Below are positions 51,136-62,290 of a stretch of 64,000 nt of DNA, piece after piece. This DNA comes from Narcine bancroftii. Lineage: Eukaryota. Both the position numbers and the translations under genes were made by a program. A model generated the notes under the pieces. The model did not search any database. It saw only the letters and a list, made by a program, of their open reading frames with translations, and was not told the DNA's origin. Numbering within the stretch: position 1 is the first letter of the stretch; every line of letters begins with the position of its first letter. The DNA lies in NCBI RefSeq assembly GCF_036971445.1, contig NC_091473.1:207080001-207144000 (forward strand). Reading direction: 5' to 3'.

Positions 51136-51840
51136 ACCCTGATGGGACACAGTGGGGACTGGAGCAGCAGTTCTCGCTAGAATTGGAAGCCCCATGAGTG
51201 AAAATTGTCAACATCACTCGCTGAGCTGGACACGAAACTATGAAGACTTCCGAATGGTCAGAAACCAAATTATCGGTATTCTATTGACAATCACCGCCAA
51301 CCCCGCCACGCCCCCACAGAGAAATTGCCCAAAAAGAATTGGCTGTTTCTGAGCTCACAAGAGACAGCCGTGACAGTCACCTCAATTCTGTTTCGCCCTT
51401 AATCATCACGCTCCCATAAAACACCTTTGCTTCAGTGACTCCCTGCATCTCACTGGAGAAATATCCCTATCTTCTCAGTATTTTATCCTATCAGTTAATG
51501 TGAATGCAGCAGTAGATAATAGAGAGGTAGGTGAGTTACTTCCTGCGGTTGCTGAGACGAGAACGCGGGGGGCATTACCTCAAGGTACATGACAGAAGAT
51601 TTAGGATGGAGAAGGCTCTTCCCAGAGAGTGTTGAATCTATGGAATTTTCTGCCTCAGTGAACATTAGATACATTTTTTCATCAGGAAAATTAATGGATA
51701 TGGAGGAAAAGCGTGTAGCTGGAGGTGAACCTGTCATCAGATAGGCCATGATCTTAATGAATGGCGGAGCACTGTCAACAGGCTGTATGGCCTACTCCAC
51801 CTCATATTACTTATGTTTTTAAGTTTTTCCCCATATCGCC

Positions 51841-52300
51841 AAGCTGTCCCAGACCAACCCGCTCATCCCCGACAGTCTCAGACTGTCCCAGATCAACTTG
51901 CTCATTCCAACCACAATTAGTCTCGGACCAACCTGTTCACTCCAACCACAATCTGTCCCAGACCAATCTGTTCATCTCAACCCCAGTCTATCCTGGACCA
52001 ATGTGCTCACTTTCCCAACCCCAGTTGGTACGGACCATCCTGTTCAACCTCTGCAGCCTTAGTCTGTCCCGGGATAACCTGCTCACCGCTCCAAGCTTGT
52101 CACAGACCGAACTCCTCATCCACTCCCACCCCATCTCAGCGAGCATTGACCCAATATCAGTTTCTCCCAGACCAACTTGCTCATTCTCCGACACCAGTGT
52201 TTTCCCAAAAGAACATGCTCATCCCTCAACCCCAGCCTATCCCGGATCACTCGGTGCATCCTTATCAATCCCGGTGAGTGTTGACCTAACCTGCTTAGCT
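51841..52300 (+). repeat. Degenerate ~33-37 bp tandem repeat (ccccagtctgtcccagaccaacctgctcatc..)
   Basis: About 12 diverged units upstream of C-alpha exon 2. Confidence 0.85.
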
Positions 52301-52387
52301 GGCGACAGCAATAGGCTTCTCTGTATATCAAATTAGAGTGAAGTTTTTGACAGTTATCTACATGGTGTTTGTTTTGACCTTTTTCAG

Positions 52388-52435
52388 AAGATGACCCGGT
52401 GTCTTGCATTCAACTTCCAGAAAGCAATGAAGATG
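52388..52435 (+). CDS. TRAC: TCR alpha constant region exon 2 (connecting peptide with presumed interchain Cys)
   Basis: ttttcag acceptor; EDDPVSCIQLPESNED; gtgagt donor; 48 nt, phase 1-1. Confidence 0.88.
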
Positions 52436-52589
52436 GTGAGTTATTGCCTTGCACACTGGTTGGCAATCTTTACGCTGTCATGAGTTTAGATAATAGTCTC
52501 TACAACCACCTGCATAATGCATGCAGGGTCGAACTATCAAGCGCCAGCTTGACTTATAGCCTGAGAATCTGAAGTAGAAAACTTGGAAG

Positions 52590-53095
52590 AATGAGCTGGT
52601 TAGTCCAAGGCAAACTGGGGTCGTGGGTAGATGATCAGGTTTGTGCAGGACAGGATGGAATTCGGTAGGTGAAGGGTGGGCTGGGATTATGTGATGAGCA
52701 GATTGGTTTGGGACAGGCTGGGATTGTGAGGGGTGATTGGGTTGTAGCGGGTCGGTAAAGGGGGGTGTTGTAGGGTGAGCAGGTTGATCTGAGGCAGGCC
52801 GAAGTTGTGGGGAATGAGCATCTTGGGCCGCAACAAACTGAGAATTGGGGCATGAGGCATTCAGGGCAACATTCATTAGGATAGGGGATGATCTGAATGG
52901 ACTGGAGTTGGAGTGGAGGGATTTGTGGGTTGGTCTTGGACAGTGGGATAGGGTTGAGCAGTTTGGACCGAGGCAGACTGGGTCAGGAAATGAACAGTTG
53001 GGCTAGGAAGGACTGAGGCGTGAGGTGAGCGGGTCGGTCTGGGACAAGCCTACCATGGGGAGAAAGTTGGTCCAGGACAGATTAGGTTTGGGGGA
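52590..53095 (-). repeat. Same ~35 bp tandem repeat in inverted orientation
   Basis: Units read gatgagcaggttggtctgggacagactgggg on +, the reverse complement of 51841-52300. Confidence 0.85.
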
Positions 53096-53406
53096 TTTGG
53101 AGGATTACCAGATTGAGTCACCAGACACTGTAATTAGGAAAGATAATTTTCGTGAAAAGTGGAGGCTGAACGGTATTGTGATAAGACCGGATTTCTCCTT
53201 GCCTGGCGCAGAGATGAACCTCTGTATCTCACACCAGTGGACTCAACATATTGGTGGCCGGGATGGTGGCGGGTGATTAGTCTGCAGGCTGGGGACTGGT
53301 TGGGGCCCAAATTATAATATCGGCCCAGCCTGATTTTACAGCCTTGTTGAACCCGTTGCTTTTTCTCAGGTTCTGAACGTCTGAATATTGTTTCTTTCCC
53401 GAGTAG

Positions 53407-53513
53407 GAGAACATGAGCGAGGTATCTCACTCACAGTTTTTGGACTGAGGATTCTGTTCTTCAAAAGCGTCGTCTTCAACGGTTTGATGACAGTACGAGC
53501 CTGGGTATCATAA
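53407..53513 (+). CDS. TRAC: TCR alpha constant region exon 3 (TM and cytoplasmic tail)
   Basis: GEHERGISLTVFGLRILFFKSVVFNGLMTVRAWVS*; conserved TM Arg, Lys and Asn; donor gtaagg just after the stop, as in TRAC. Confidence 0.95.
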
Positions 53514-53951
53514 GGTAAGGGCCAACACCGTTTGGAGGAGGCCGAACAACCTCCGATGATGGCGCGGAAACCCAAGCCCGCGCCACAGTGAAGAACTGAT
53601 GTGGTACAAAGGACAAAATTAAAGTGAACAACACTGCCCATTTCCGCAGCACGGCTCTCCTCGGCACCACACCTCTCGCAGGAGGGCGCTCTCACAGCGC
53701 TAACTTTCCCGTTGCGCGGTGCCCCCACCATCTGCGCCGACAGCATGCGGTGGCGAGAGAGAAAGCCGCCGTCAGAGCTTTCCAGTAGATACAGTAGCGA
53801 CTTGAATACATTGGGCTAAATGACCAAATTATACACTCTTCTCGATTCCCATAGTCACTGGCCTGACGTTCCCTAGCCGTGATTAGTTTGAGCGGGGAAA
53901 GGCAAGAATCCGTGAGAAATCTGAACTCTTCCTTCTCTACCCAATTACTAG

Positions 53952-54120
53952 ACGGAGACAGGACCAGGAGGCCAGTCGACTACCCGCAAACCCTGGCGCT
54001 GAATCCGGGCCGAACCCTCATCTGGGAAGAAATTGTACAGATATTGAAGAACGTGTACAGCCAATCGGATCAAGGGTTAATTTTTACCCTTTTAATAAAC
54101 ACCGGCCCTCTCGCATTTGG
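53952..54120 (+). other. TRAC: Putative C-alpha exon 4 (3' UTR) with polyA signal AATAAA at 54094-54099
   Basis: Pyrimidine tract and tag acceptor ending at 53951, then AATAAA; matches the untranslated fourth exon of TRAC. Later AATAAA sites near 54949 and 55171 are alternatives. Confidence 0.55.
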
Positions 54121-56084
54121 CGATCTCTATCATTTGTATCCTCTCCTTTGAAATTCTGCTGACATTTTCTGAACCGACGTGTGTATTACAGTTGCATACT
54201 TGTGAGAATGTGAATTTATCATCTTTACGTTGTTATTGTCTCTGTGTGTAAATGGCTCTTGTAATGCAAATGTTCCTTGCCCTGAGACTGCTCCTTGTTC
54301 GCGCGATATCACCACAAGGAGGTCATTCGGCCTTTTGAGTCTGTGCCAGTTCACGAATCTTTTTGCCACCCTTTCCAATCTCCGGCTGGTCCTTTTTTTC
54401 AATAATTCGCTTTCAGTTCACGCCCCTTTCTCCTCCCTGCCAGCGGGACCATCCCTTCCTCATTCGCAACCTGCAGCAACACCGTCTCCATTCAATCTTC
54501 CCTTCCCGCTCTCCGCTTTCTCGGGACATCCTGCGTCCCCAGGGCAGCTCCAAGCAAGTATTTAGGTTGACAAGCCTTTAAATGTATATGCCGGGGAGAA
54601 TAATCTCAAATTCCCAATAGCAAATCCTAAATGGGTCAAACTGCATCATAAATGCAGCGAATAACCTGGAATTTGGATGCTAGAAACACCACAAATAATA
54701 TTAATTAAACGGTTCAATTTGATTTTTTTATTAAAAAACTACATCCAGTTACTAATGCCCCGGCCTATATGTAACTCCATTCCAGCGGTTGACACTTTAA
54801 ACGAGTCCATTTCGCCACTCAGTCGTGGGCGATGACTTGGTGGGGCTTTAAAAGGGGCCCACGGCGTCCAGATTAAAGGGCCTTCCCCTTCCTTAACCCC
54901 CCCCCCACCAACATTTCTCCAAGATGGAGACCCGGCGACAAGATATAAAATAAAAGCGTCCAATGGGCATCGTCAGGGAATTGTGCAAAGCAATCTGCCT
55001 TCTCATTCACTCTCTTGTCCAACCGATGTAAATACTGTATACAAAGGTTAATGCGAAGCAATGCCGCTTCAGAATATCGGATATGGCATTTCATTGTAAC
55101 TATCATCTGGGTTTCAACTGTGATTTTGTTGTATTTTTTTAAACTTTCCATTTGTTTTGCAATATTTTCCAATAAAGTCTCTGATGATATGATTTAGCTC
55201 TCCTGGGACTCATTTCTTTCCGTCTACCGATGCATTGCCTGCGACAGAGACATTATGGGGGGGTGGGATTGGTGGTGATTTCAACGCTTGACATGCCACA
55301 ATCTAGTCACCGTGACCCAGAAACACTCCAATTTGCCTGGTGCTGGAGCTCTCACTGGGTGTGACCTTTTTGGCCGATGCTCTTGGTCACCTCCGTTACT
55401 TATTGTGTGGCAAAAACACAAAACTCGTCAGGTTTGGATTAGAAATGCAGAGTTACTTAGGCCATACAGTGCACTTCAAGCAACAAGAAGGTAGCGGAGA
55501 GTGTAGTAACACATCTTTTTGTTCAAAACGGGATTGTCAGCTCACAGTCCTCGAAATAACAAGGCATGTTACTAGAAAGCTAAGTAAGATAAAATCCTGA
55601 GTCATGAGGCCTTGAAACATGCAGACCAAATTAAAACGTAAGAGAAGGTAACATGATGAGATAAATTTGCTTTTGGGAACAAGTGAAATTGTTTCTGTTA
55701 ACTTTTTAACAGTCTTTCATTAAGACATTTTTACATTTAAGAGTTGTGTAGATTAGGAAAGAAGCGTGGGCTCTTTCATTTATATGTGTGAATAGTGAGC
55801 AAGTTCGCTGTTCTTGAGATCAGTGCCTAGGACCTCTGAGACTCCACGCCAGCCATTGGAAACCGGAATCCACAAGGAGCGAAGAACGTGAAACTTGCTC
55901 TTTTACTGTATCTTGGACATTGTTTTGTTAATATTCTGTGTAGGTTACTAAATGTCTTTTTTTTTTGCACTTTTGAAGTTGATCTGCAACCTCGAATGTC
56001 TGCTTGTTTTTATCTTGTTACGAAGGGGATTCAGAAAGGATCATGGAGATATTATCAAAGAAGATTGCATACTTCCTCGTGTTA

Positions 56085-56720
56085 GCCATTTCAGTCCTGG
56101 GGAAAAGCCTCTGGCCATCCGTAAGATCATCTTGTATATCTCTTTCACCTCACTCCTCATCCTCGGTCGCTCCAAATTCAATAAAGCTATCTTCATGAGG
56201 TATGCTTTCCAATCCAATCAACATCCTTGTAAATCTTCTCTGTACCTTCTCTATACATCCGCGTACTAAGGCGACCAGAACTGAGCACAATATTCCAAGT
56301 GGGGTCCAGCTAAAATCTTATATGGCTGCAACAGCTCTTAAACTCGAGATTATTGAAGGGCCACGCACCATGCACCTCCCTAAGAATGCTATCAAGCTAT
56401 GCAGCAACTTTGACAGTCCTCTGAACATGGGCCTCAAGATATTTCAGTTCATCCACACTGCTCAGAGCCCTCTGATTAATATTGTATTCTGTATTCAAAT
56501 TTGACCGACGGAAATGAAGCAGTTCACACTTTTCTGGGTTAATCTCCAACTGCCACTTCTCAGCCCAGCTCCGCGTCCTATCAATGTCCCTCTGTAACCT
56601 CTGGCAACCTTCGAGACTATCCACAACAGCACTATCAACCTTCGTGTCAACCGCAGACTTACCAATTAGCACTTACACTTCCTCATCCAAGTCACTTACT
56701 AAAAATTACAAGAAAATTCT
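56085..56720 (-). mobile_element. CR1 LINE RT-region fragment
   Basis: Minus-strand ORF ..DTKV..VVDSLEGCQRLQRDID...WAEKWQLEINPEKCELLHF. Confidence 0.8.
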
Positions 56721-57149
56721 GCCTCCGCAAAGCAAGGCCTCCTTGCATTCCCTGCCTTCTTACACGGGGAACCTAACCAAATGCCTTTCCAAAACGTGGT
56801 GCCAAGACAGACCCGCATCTCTGGTGAGGAGGTGCCAAGATCGCCACGCTGCGGCAGGGGCTATTCCGAGGTAGCGCCGCGCGGTGAGGGGCCAGTACCG
56901 GGGAGGGCCAGCGCGCTGCTGGTAAGGCAGGGCCGGTGGAGCGCCTTCACTCCTGGAGCTGCTCGCTTTGGTAACGAGGGAGTACAGCAACAGCAGAGTA
57001 CACTAACTCATGATAATTTAGGGGGATTCTGTCTCTGTTTTACATATAGCACAGAGAGCTCATCCTGCACTTAAAGAAGGTCGCTCTGATTTTGTAGTGG
57101 TCTGCTTTTTTTTTGTTACCGGAACAACACAACACTTTATTCCAAAGCA

Positions 57150-57399
57150 AATGTTAACACCTGTCACTTCAAATACAATGCATTTGTGTACAGAAACTTG
57201 GGTCAGAGAATTATTCTCCATTTGACTGAGACAGTCCAAAGAAATAAATATGTTTTGCTCTTAAGTGACAGGTGATTGATATCTCACTTCCTGTTTTGAT
57301 AGCAGAGTGATTGCTATCTCGCTTCTTGCTGCAGTTGCTGCCGCGTGAAAACCACAGGGGGCCGACAGCAAGATTCCTTTCATTCCCCTCCCGCGCGCT

Positions 57400-57462
<63 letters not shown>

Positions 57463-57660
57463 GAGTGGGGGGCTGTGCAAGGCGAGTTGCACTTGCAGCC
57501 CTTGCCCCTGTCTTTGACCCACTTAGACGCGCGGGCAGGATGCGAGGGGGCTGGGGCTGCGGAAACTCTGAAGTGTGCCAGGAAAGTAGGTCAATCAGCG
57601 GGGAGGCGCAGGTGCTGCTGACGTCGGGCGGGTGGTGGTGTGGGTGGAAAGTCCCTCAGC
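57150..57660. promoter_or_regulatory. Candidate TCR alpha 3' enhancer (E-alpha-like)
   Basis: About 3.7 kb 3' of the TM exon; clustered E-boxes (57158, 57269, 57609), GATA (57277, 57297, 57314), Ets cacttcctgt (57285), Runx aaccaca (57350), RORE aaagtaggtca (57583), CRE-like tgacgtc (57619), NF-kB ggaaagtccc (57646). Confidence 0.55.
57403..57461. repeat. (CT)n microsatellite
   Basis: Seen directly. Confidence 0.9.
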
Positions 57661-58034
57661 GGTGTCTAGTTTCCACTAGTTTGCAAAGGCCGAGTCTGGT
57701 GCTCAGCTGGCGCTCGCGGGGACTGGTCCGTTGGACCGCATGTAGGTGTTTGCAAGTTGCAAAATGAATGCGCCCTTTACCACGCACAAAACTCAGTGCA
57801 CTGCTCTTTGTTTCCCCATGGGGCCTCTTCCAGGTTGGGTGAGGGGCCGCAGGTTTTGCGGGGTTCTCGCCTTCAGTCAGCTCGAGAGGCCTCTTCGATA
57901 CCCGCCGCTTGATATTCCACATCACCCTTCCACCCCTATCATAAATGCCCGCATTATTTTACATGATCAAAGACACTCCTTTTCCTCCACCAACCTCCTT
58001 CCCCAATTGATCCCTAAACTTTCGTGGTTCTCTT

Positions 58035-58077
58035 GACTCTGTGTGTGTGTGTGTGTCTGCAGACATTCATAGTCTCA

Positions 58078-58111
<34 letters not shown>

Positions 58112-58522
58112 TTAGTGACTCATTCTCTCTCTTTCTCTCGATAACTATCTCCCTATTTCTATCTGTGCCTCACTCTCTATCCCTCCATCTCGATGTCTTC
58201 GTGAACTCTGCATGTCTCTCTTTCTCTCTCTCCTTTCTCTGTCTAACTGTCTCTCTCTCACCTTTTCACTCTCTTTCCTGCACTCTCTCTCTCTCTCTCT
58301 GTCTCTCTCCTTTCATCATTACCTCCATGGCCTTCTCGCACCACCTCTCTCTCACACACATTCCCCTCAGATTTTCTCTCTCTTGCCCTCTGACGCTCAC
58401 TGCTTTTAGCACTCTCTCCCTCTTCTCATTCTTTCTTTCTCTCTCGTTCACTCTCACACCCTCTCTTTCTCCGAGCCTATCACTTTTTACTCATCCTCTA
58501 AAATCCTCTGATCCGTCTCTCT
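58035..58522. repeat. CT/CA-rich low-complexity tract
   Basis: Seen directly. Confidence 0.85.
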
Positions 58523-59181
58523 GATGCTTTTCCTTCAATAACGGTGTCAAGCCATTAAGCTGCTTGACTGATGGAGGAGAGCGTTGAAACGGCTGCAGCG
58601 TCAGCCCTCTCCTTTTCGGCATGATGTGTGCCTGGAACCTTGCTTGTGACCTTTTTTAAAAATAGGCAGCCTGAGCATTTGTATTTACTGACATTTTTGG
58701 TTTTTGTAGTCACTATTATTACCACTTTGTGCAGTACACAAGGAAGGAACTGACGGGTAAAATGTGAGGGAAGAAATAATTACATATTTGATTTCTCTCT
58801 GGAATGCACAAGATGCCTTCCCAGGGTTATGTACAAAATGACAGTGCTTTTCTCTTGAACATTTTAACTTATTTTCAGCAGCCCGACAGCTCAGCGTTGG
58901 GGAAAGGGGCAACTTTGCACAAAACTAGAGTCTCTGCTTTCCGTTTTGTGCCCAAAGTAACCAGATACCAGGAGGATGAATTCTGACATCATGAAACTTT
59001 ATAAAATCATGAGAGGACTAGATCTGGTATTTCGCAGGAACCTGAAGGGCACCTCCGTTTTTACACGGAGTTGGTGGCTGTGTGGAACAGGCTGGTGGAG
59101 GAGATGGTTGAGGCGGGTACCATTACAATGTTTAAGAAACAACTGTACATATACATGGATAGGATGGCTTTAGATTTAGAA

Positions 59182-59402
59182 CAATGGTTCTCAACCTTTT
59201 TAGGTCTAAGGCCCTCCTGGCTTCTGCCCTAACACGCCAAGGCCCACAAGTAGAAATGACTGAGCAATATTTTCAAGTTAAAGGCAGCTCTGTAAGAAAC
59301 ACCTTCATCTTATTTAAAGTATTTTATTTTAAATATTTAAAGATCCACATGAAAACATACTGTAGCCCATAATGGATATGAGCCACTGGTTGAGAACCAC
59401 TC
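59182..59402. mobile_element. hAT MITE of a different family inserted in a CR1 fragment
   Basis: TIR tggttctcaacc / ggttgagaacca; TSD atttagaa on both sides. Confidence 0.75.
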
Positions 59403-59803
59403 ATTTAGAAGGATATGGGTGAGATGGGACGGGTGTGGGTGGGTCAAGATGGTCGATGTGGCAAGTTGGGTGGACAGGCCTGATACCACGTTCCATGAAA
59501 AGGACGAATGGAAAAATCCTACAGTGGAGTTACGTTAAGTCTGGATCGCGACTCCTGCCTGGTCCAGCAAGAGATACATTGCAGAATGAGAGGGCTGCCG
59601 GATAACTCGACTTCCCACTGGCATATGGTTGTATCAGACTGATTCATAAGCATTCTACACCCACACGTTTCCGGGTTTTGTCTCCTTCGGATAGTCAGGC
59701 ACAATAAAGTAGACTTTATAGCGTTTAATACATGCCTGATGCCTCCGTTGGTTGTGACTATCCCTTGTTGCTGCATTACATAAGAATCCTTGTGAGATCA
59801 TGA

Positions 59804-60276
59804 ATCTCTCCTTTTCTCTTTCGCCTCCTCTGTCTCTCACTCGTTCACTCTGTCTCACTCTCTTTCCTTCTCTCCTTATCTCCTCCCCTTCTCTCTTTTG
59901 CACTCTCTGTTCTTCCTCCTATCTTCACTCTCCCTTTCCACTCCCCCTCCCTCTCCCCTTTCTGTCTCCTTCGCACCTTTCCCTCCTTTCCCCCGCTCTC
60001 TCTTTCTCTCTTATTCAATCACTGTGTCACTTTCTTTCCCGCTCTTTTGCACTCTCCCCTCTTTCTCCCATCCTCTCTCATTTCTCCCTCCCACTCTCTC
60101 TATACCTACTCCCTCTCTCTCCCTACTCTTTCTCTTCTCCCTCTCTAGTCTATACCCCTCTCCCAAATCTCTCTCTTTCTTTCTCTCTCTCTCTCTTCCT
60201 CTCTATCTATCTATCTATCTATCTCTATATCTCTCTCTCTCTCTCTTCTATACCGCCTTCCTCCCCCTCTCCCTTT
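59804..60276. repeat. Polypyrimidine CT/CTAT low-complexity tract
   Basis: Seen directly. Confidence 0.85.
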
Positions 60277-61159
60277 GTTGAGGAGTAGGACGATGAATAT
60301 TTCGAATTCTGTGACTCAAAACCTTGAGGAGATTCACTCCGGGTCCATTCTAGAATGGAGCGAGAAAGGAAGATCACGCAAGAGTGCTGGAAGAATTCAG
60401 CAGGTAATGCGGCATCCATGAAGAGCAACATGCAGTCGAGTTTCCGGCCTCAGCCCTTAACCGTGGATGCCGAAAATCGGGAAAAGGCCCGAAAAAGACA
60501 TTCGGGAGGCGGAAATAAGGTGACGTAAAAGGGTTAGATGAAACAGGAAGATGCTGCTGAGATAGAATATCAGTTATGGCGGGATAGAGCCGAAGGGCGG
60601 ACACGCGCTCGGTTCTCTGCAATTAATACATGTGCAACCAACCCCTTTTATTCGGATGTGACTGCATCTGTTTGTTTCAACCACTTCATACAGTTTTTGA
60701 AGGGAGGTGTCTGGCCTTTTGTGAAGGCAGGGGTGGGTGTCTGATGCAGTGTGGCCCTTCTGGTGAAGGAGCCCTCCACCTTCCCCATGCCCACCCCCCC
60801 CCCCCCAAGGTTTTCGAACAACTTGTCTTTCAACGGACAGGAGTTGGGGTGAGGGAGGTCCTGTTCATGCCGTCAGGCCTGAAGCTTGCGCCGCCCTTCA
60901 CTCTTTATGCGTGCTGCGTGACCTTCTGAGTTTCTCCAGCAAAATTGTGTTTTGGACTCCAAACCTAACGTTCACAGGTGGGATTGCCTTGAGTTGAATA
61001 CTTGACCGGTGCCAGACAGATGAGGTTTCAGAGAATGATCACTGGAATGAAAGGGTTATCATACGAGAAGCGTTTGGAGGCTCTGGGACTGTACTCGTTG
61101 GAGTTTAGAAGAATGAGAGGGGATCAGATTGAAACCAATCTACTACTGAAAGATCCCCT

Positions 61160-62290
61160 AGAGGCTCTGTAAACACCGAAATACTCCATGGGACCCCCAT
61201 AAACACCGATACACTGCCAGGGACCCCCATATAAATACTGACAGACTCTCCAAGACTCTCTTTCAACACTGAAACGCTGACATACTCCCGAGGACGCCAT
61301 GTAAAGATCGACACACTCCACGTTACCCTCTGTAAACAACAACAAATTGCCGAGGACACTTTGGGGGGGGGGGGGGGAAACAGCATGCTCTCCAGGACCA
61401 CTGTTAACACCTGGACTCCCTGGAAACACTGACATGCACGCCGGGAGCCCCTGTAAACACTGACATACATCACAGCACACCCGCTCTCCCCCCGTAAACA
61501 TCCACACGTTCCCCCGCACCACCAGTAAACACCGACATACTCCCCGGGGCGCCCTGTAAACATCGGAACACTCCACTTTACCCGCTATAAACACCGACAA
61601 ATTCCCCTAGAAGCCCGAGAAACACCTACGCACATCCCTGCACTCCCTGGAAATACCCCGACTCATGCACTCCCCGCGACTCCATTTAAACAGTAACACA
61701 GTCTCGGATTCCATGTAAACACCTACACCGTCCCTGGGATCCTCTGTAAACACTAACATCCTGTCCAGACCCCCTGTAAATACTCATACACTCTCTAGAG
61801 CCACTGTAAATACCAACACGCTCTCTGGAACACCCCCTGCACAGTCCCCGGGGTACCCGGTAAGTATCGACCCACTCCCCTGGAACTACTGTAAGCACCT
61901 ACACGCTCCCCGGGACTCGCTGAAAGGAGCGACACACTCCACAGGACCCCTGTAAATTGACATACCCGGCGGGACCACCTGCAAACGCTCACATGCTCCC
62001 TGAATCTCCTGTAAATTCGGAACACTCCCGAGACCCCTTATAAACACCGACAACTCTCCTGGACCCCCTGTTAACACAAACACACTCCACGGGAACCACT
62101 CTAAATCCCAGGGCCACTGTAAACACCACGTGTTTCTCGGCACCCTCTTTAAACATTGACACACGCCCCGGGACCCCATTTATATCCTGATACTGTCCAT
62201 GGGACACGTTGTAAATAATGGAAAACTCCTCCAACAAACACCTACAGCCAGGGAATACCTGTAATTGTATTCACACACCTCTGGATCCCC
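61160..62290 (+). repeat. ~30-31 bp minisatellite (ctgtaaacaccgacacactccccgggaccc), about 35 degenerate units
   Basis: Periodic gtaaaca/ataaaca followed by cactcc..ggaccc. Confidence 0.9.

Larger units (their letters stand above)
310..54120 (+). other. TRA: T-cell receptor alpha locus, J-alpha array plus C-alpha (partial; V region lies outside the window)
   Basis: About 45 RSS12-J-GT units, no D segments, then a single C gene. Its TM segment GLRILFFKSVVFNGLMTVRAWVS has the R..K (i,i+5) pair and the C-terminus typical of TCR alpha. Confidence 0.95.

Noticed and set aside
53672-53692. CTCF-like site tcgcaggagggcgct
   Set aside because: Only a partial match in a GC-rich stretch; needs a matrix scan or ChIP.
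60278-60330. Possible terminal exon DDEYFEFCDSKP* after a pyrimidine tract
   Set aside because: The tract is a microsatellite-like region, it lies beyond the C-alpha polyA signals, and the peptide has no recognisable homology.
57211-62240. Many 100-166 aa ORFs rich in S/L or V/G/C
   Set aside because: Products of CT microsatellites and the 30-bp minisatellite, which lack stop codons by composition.
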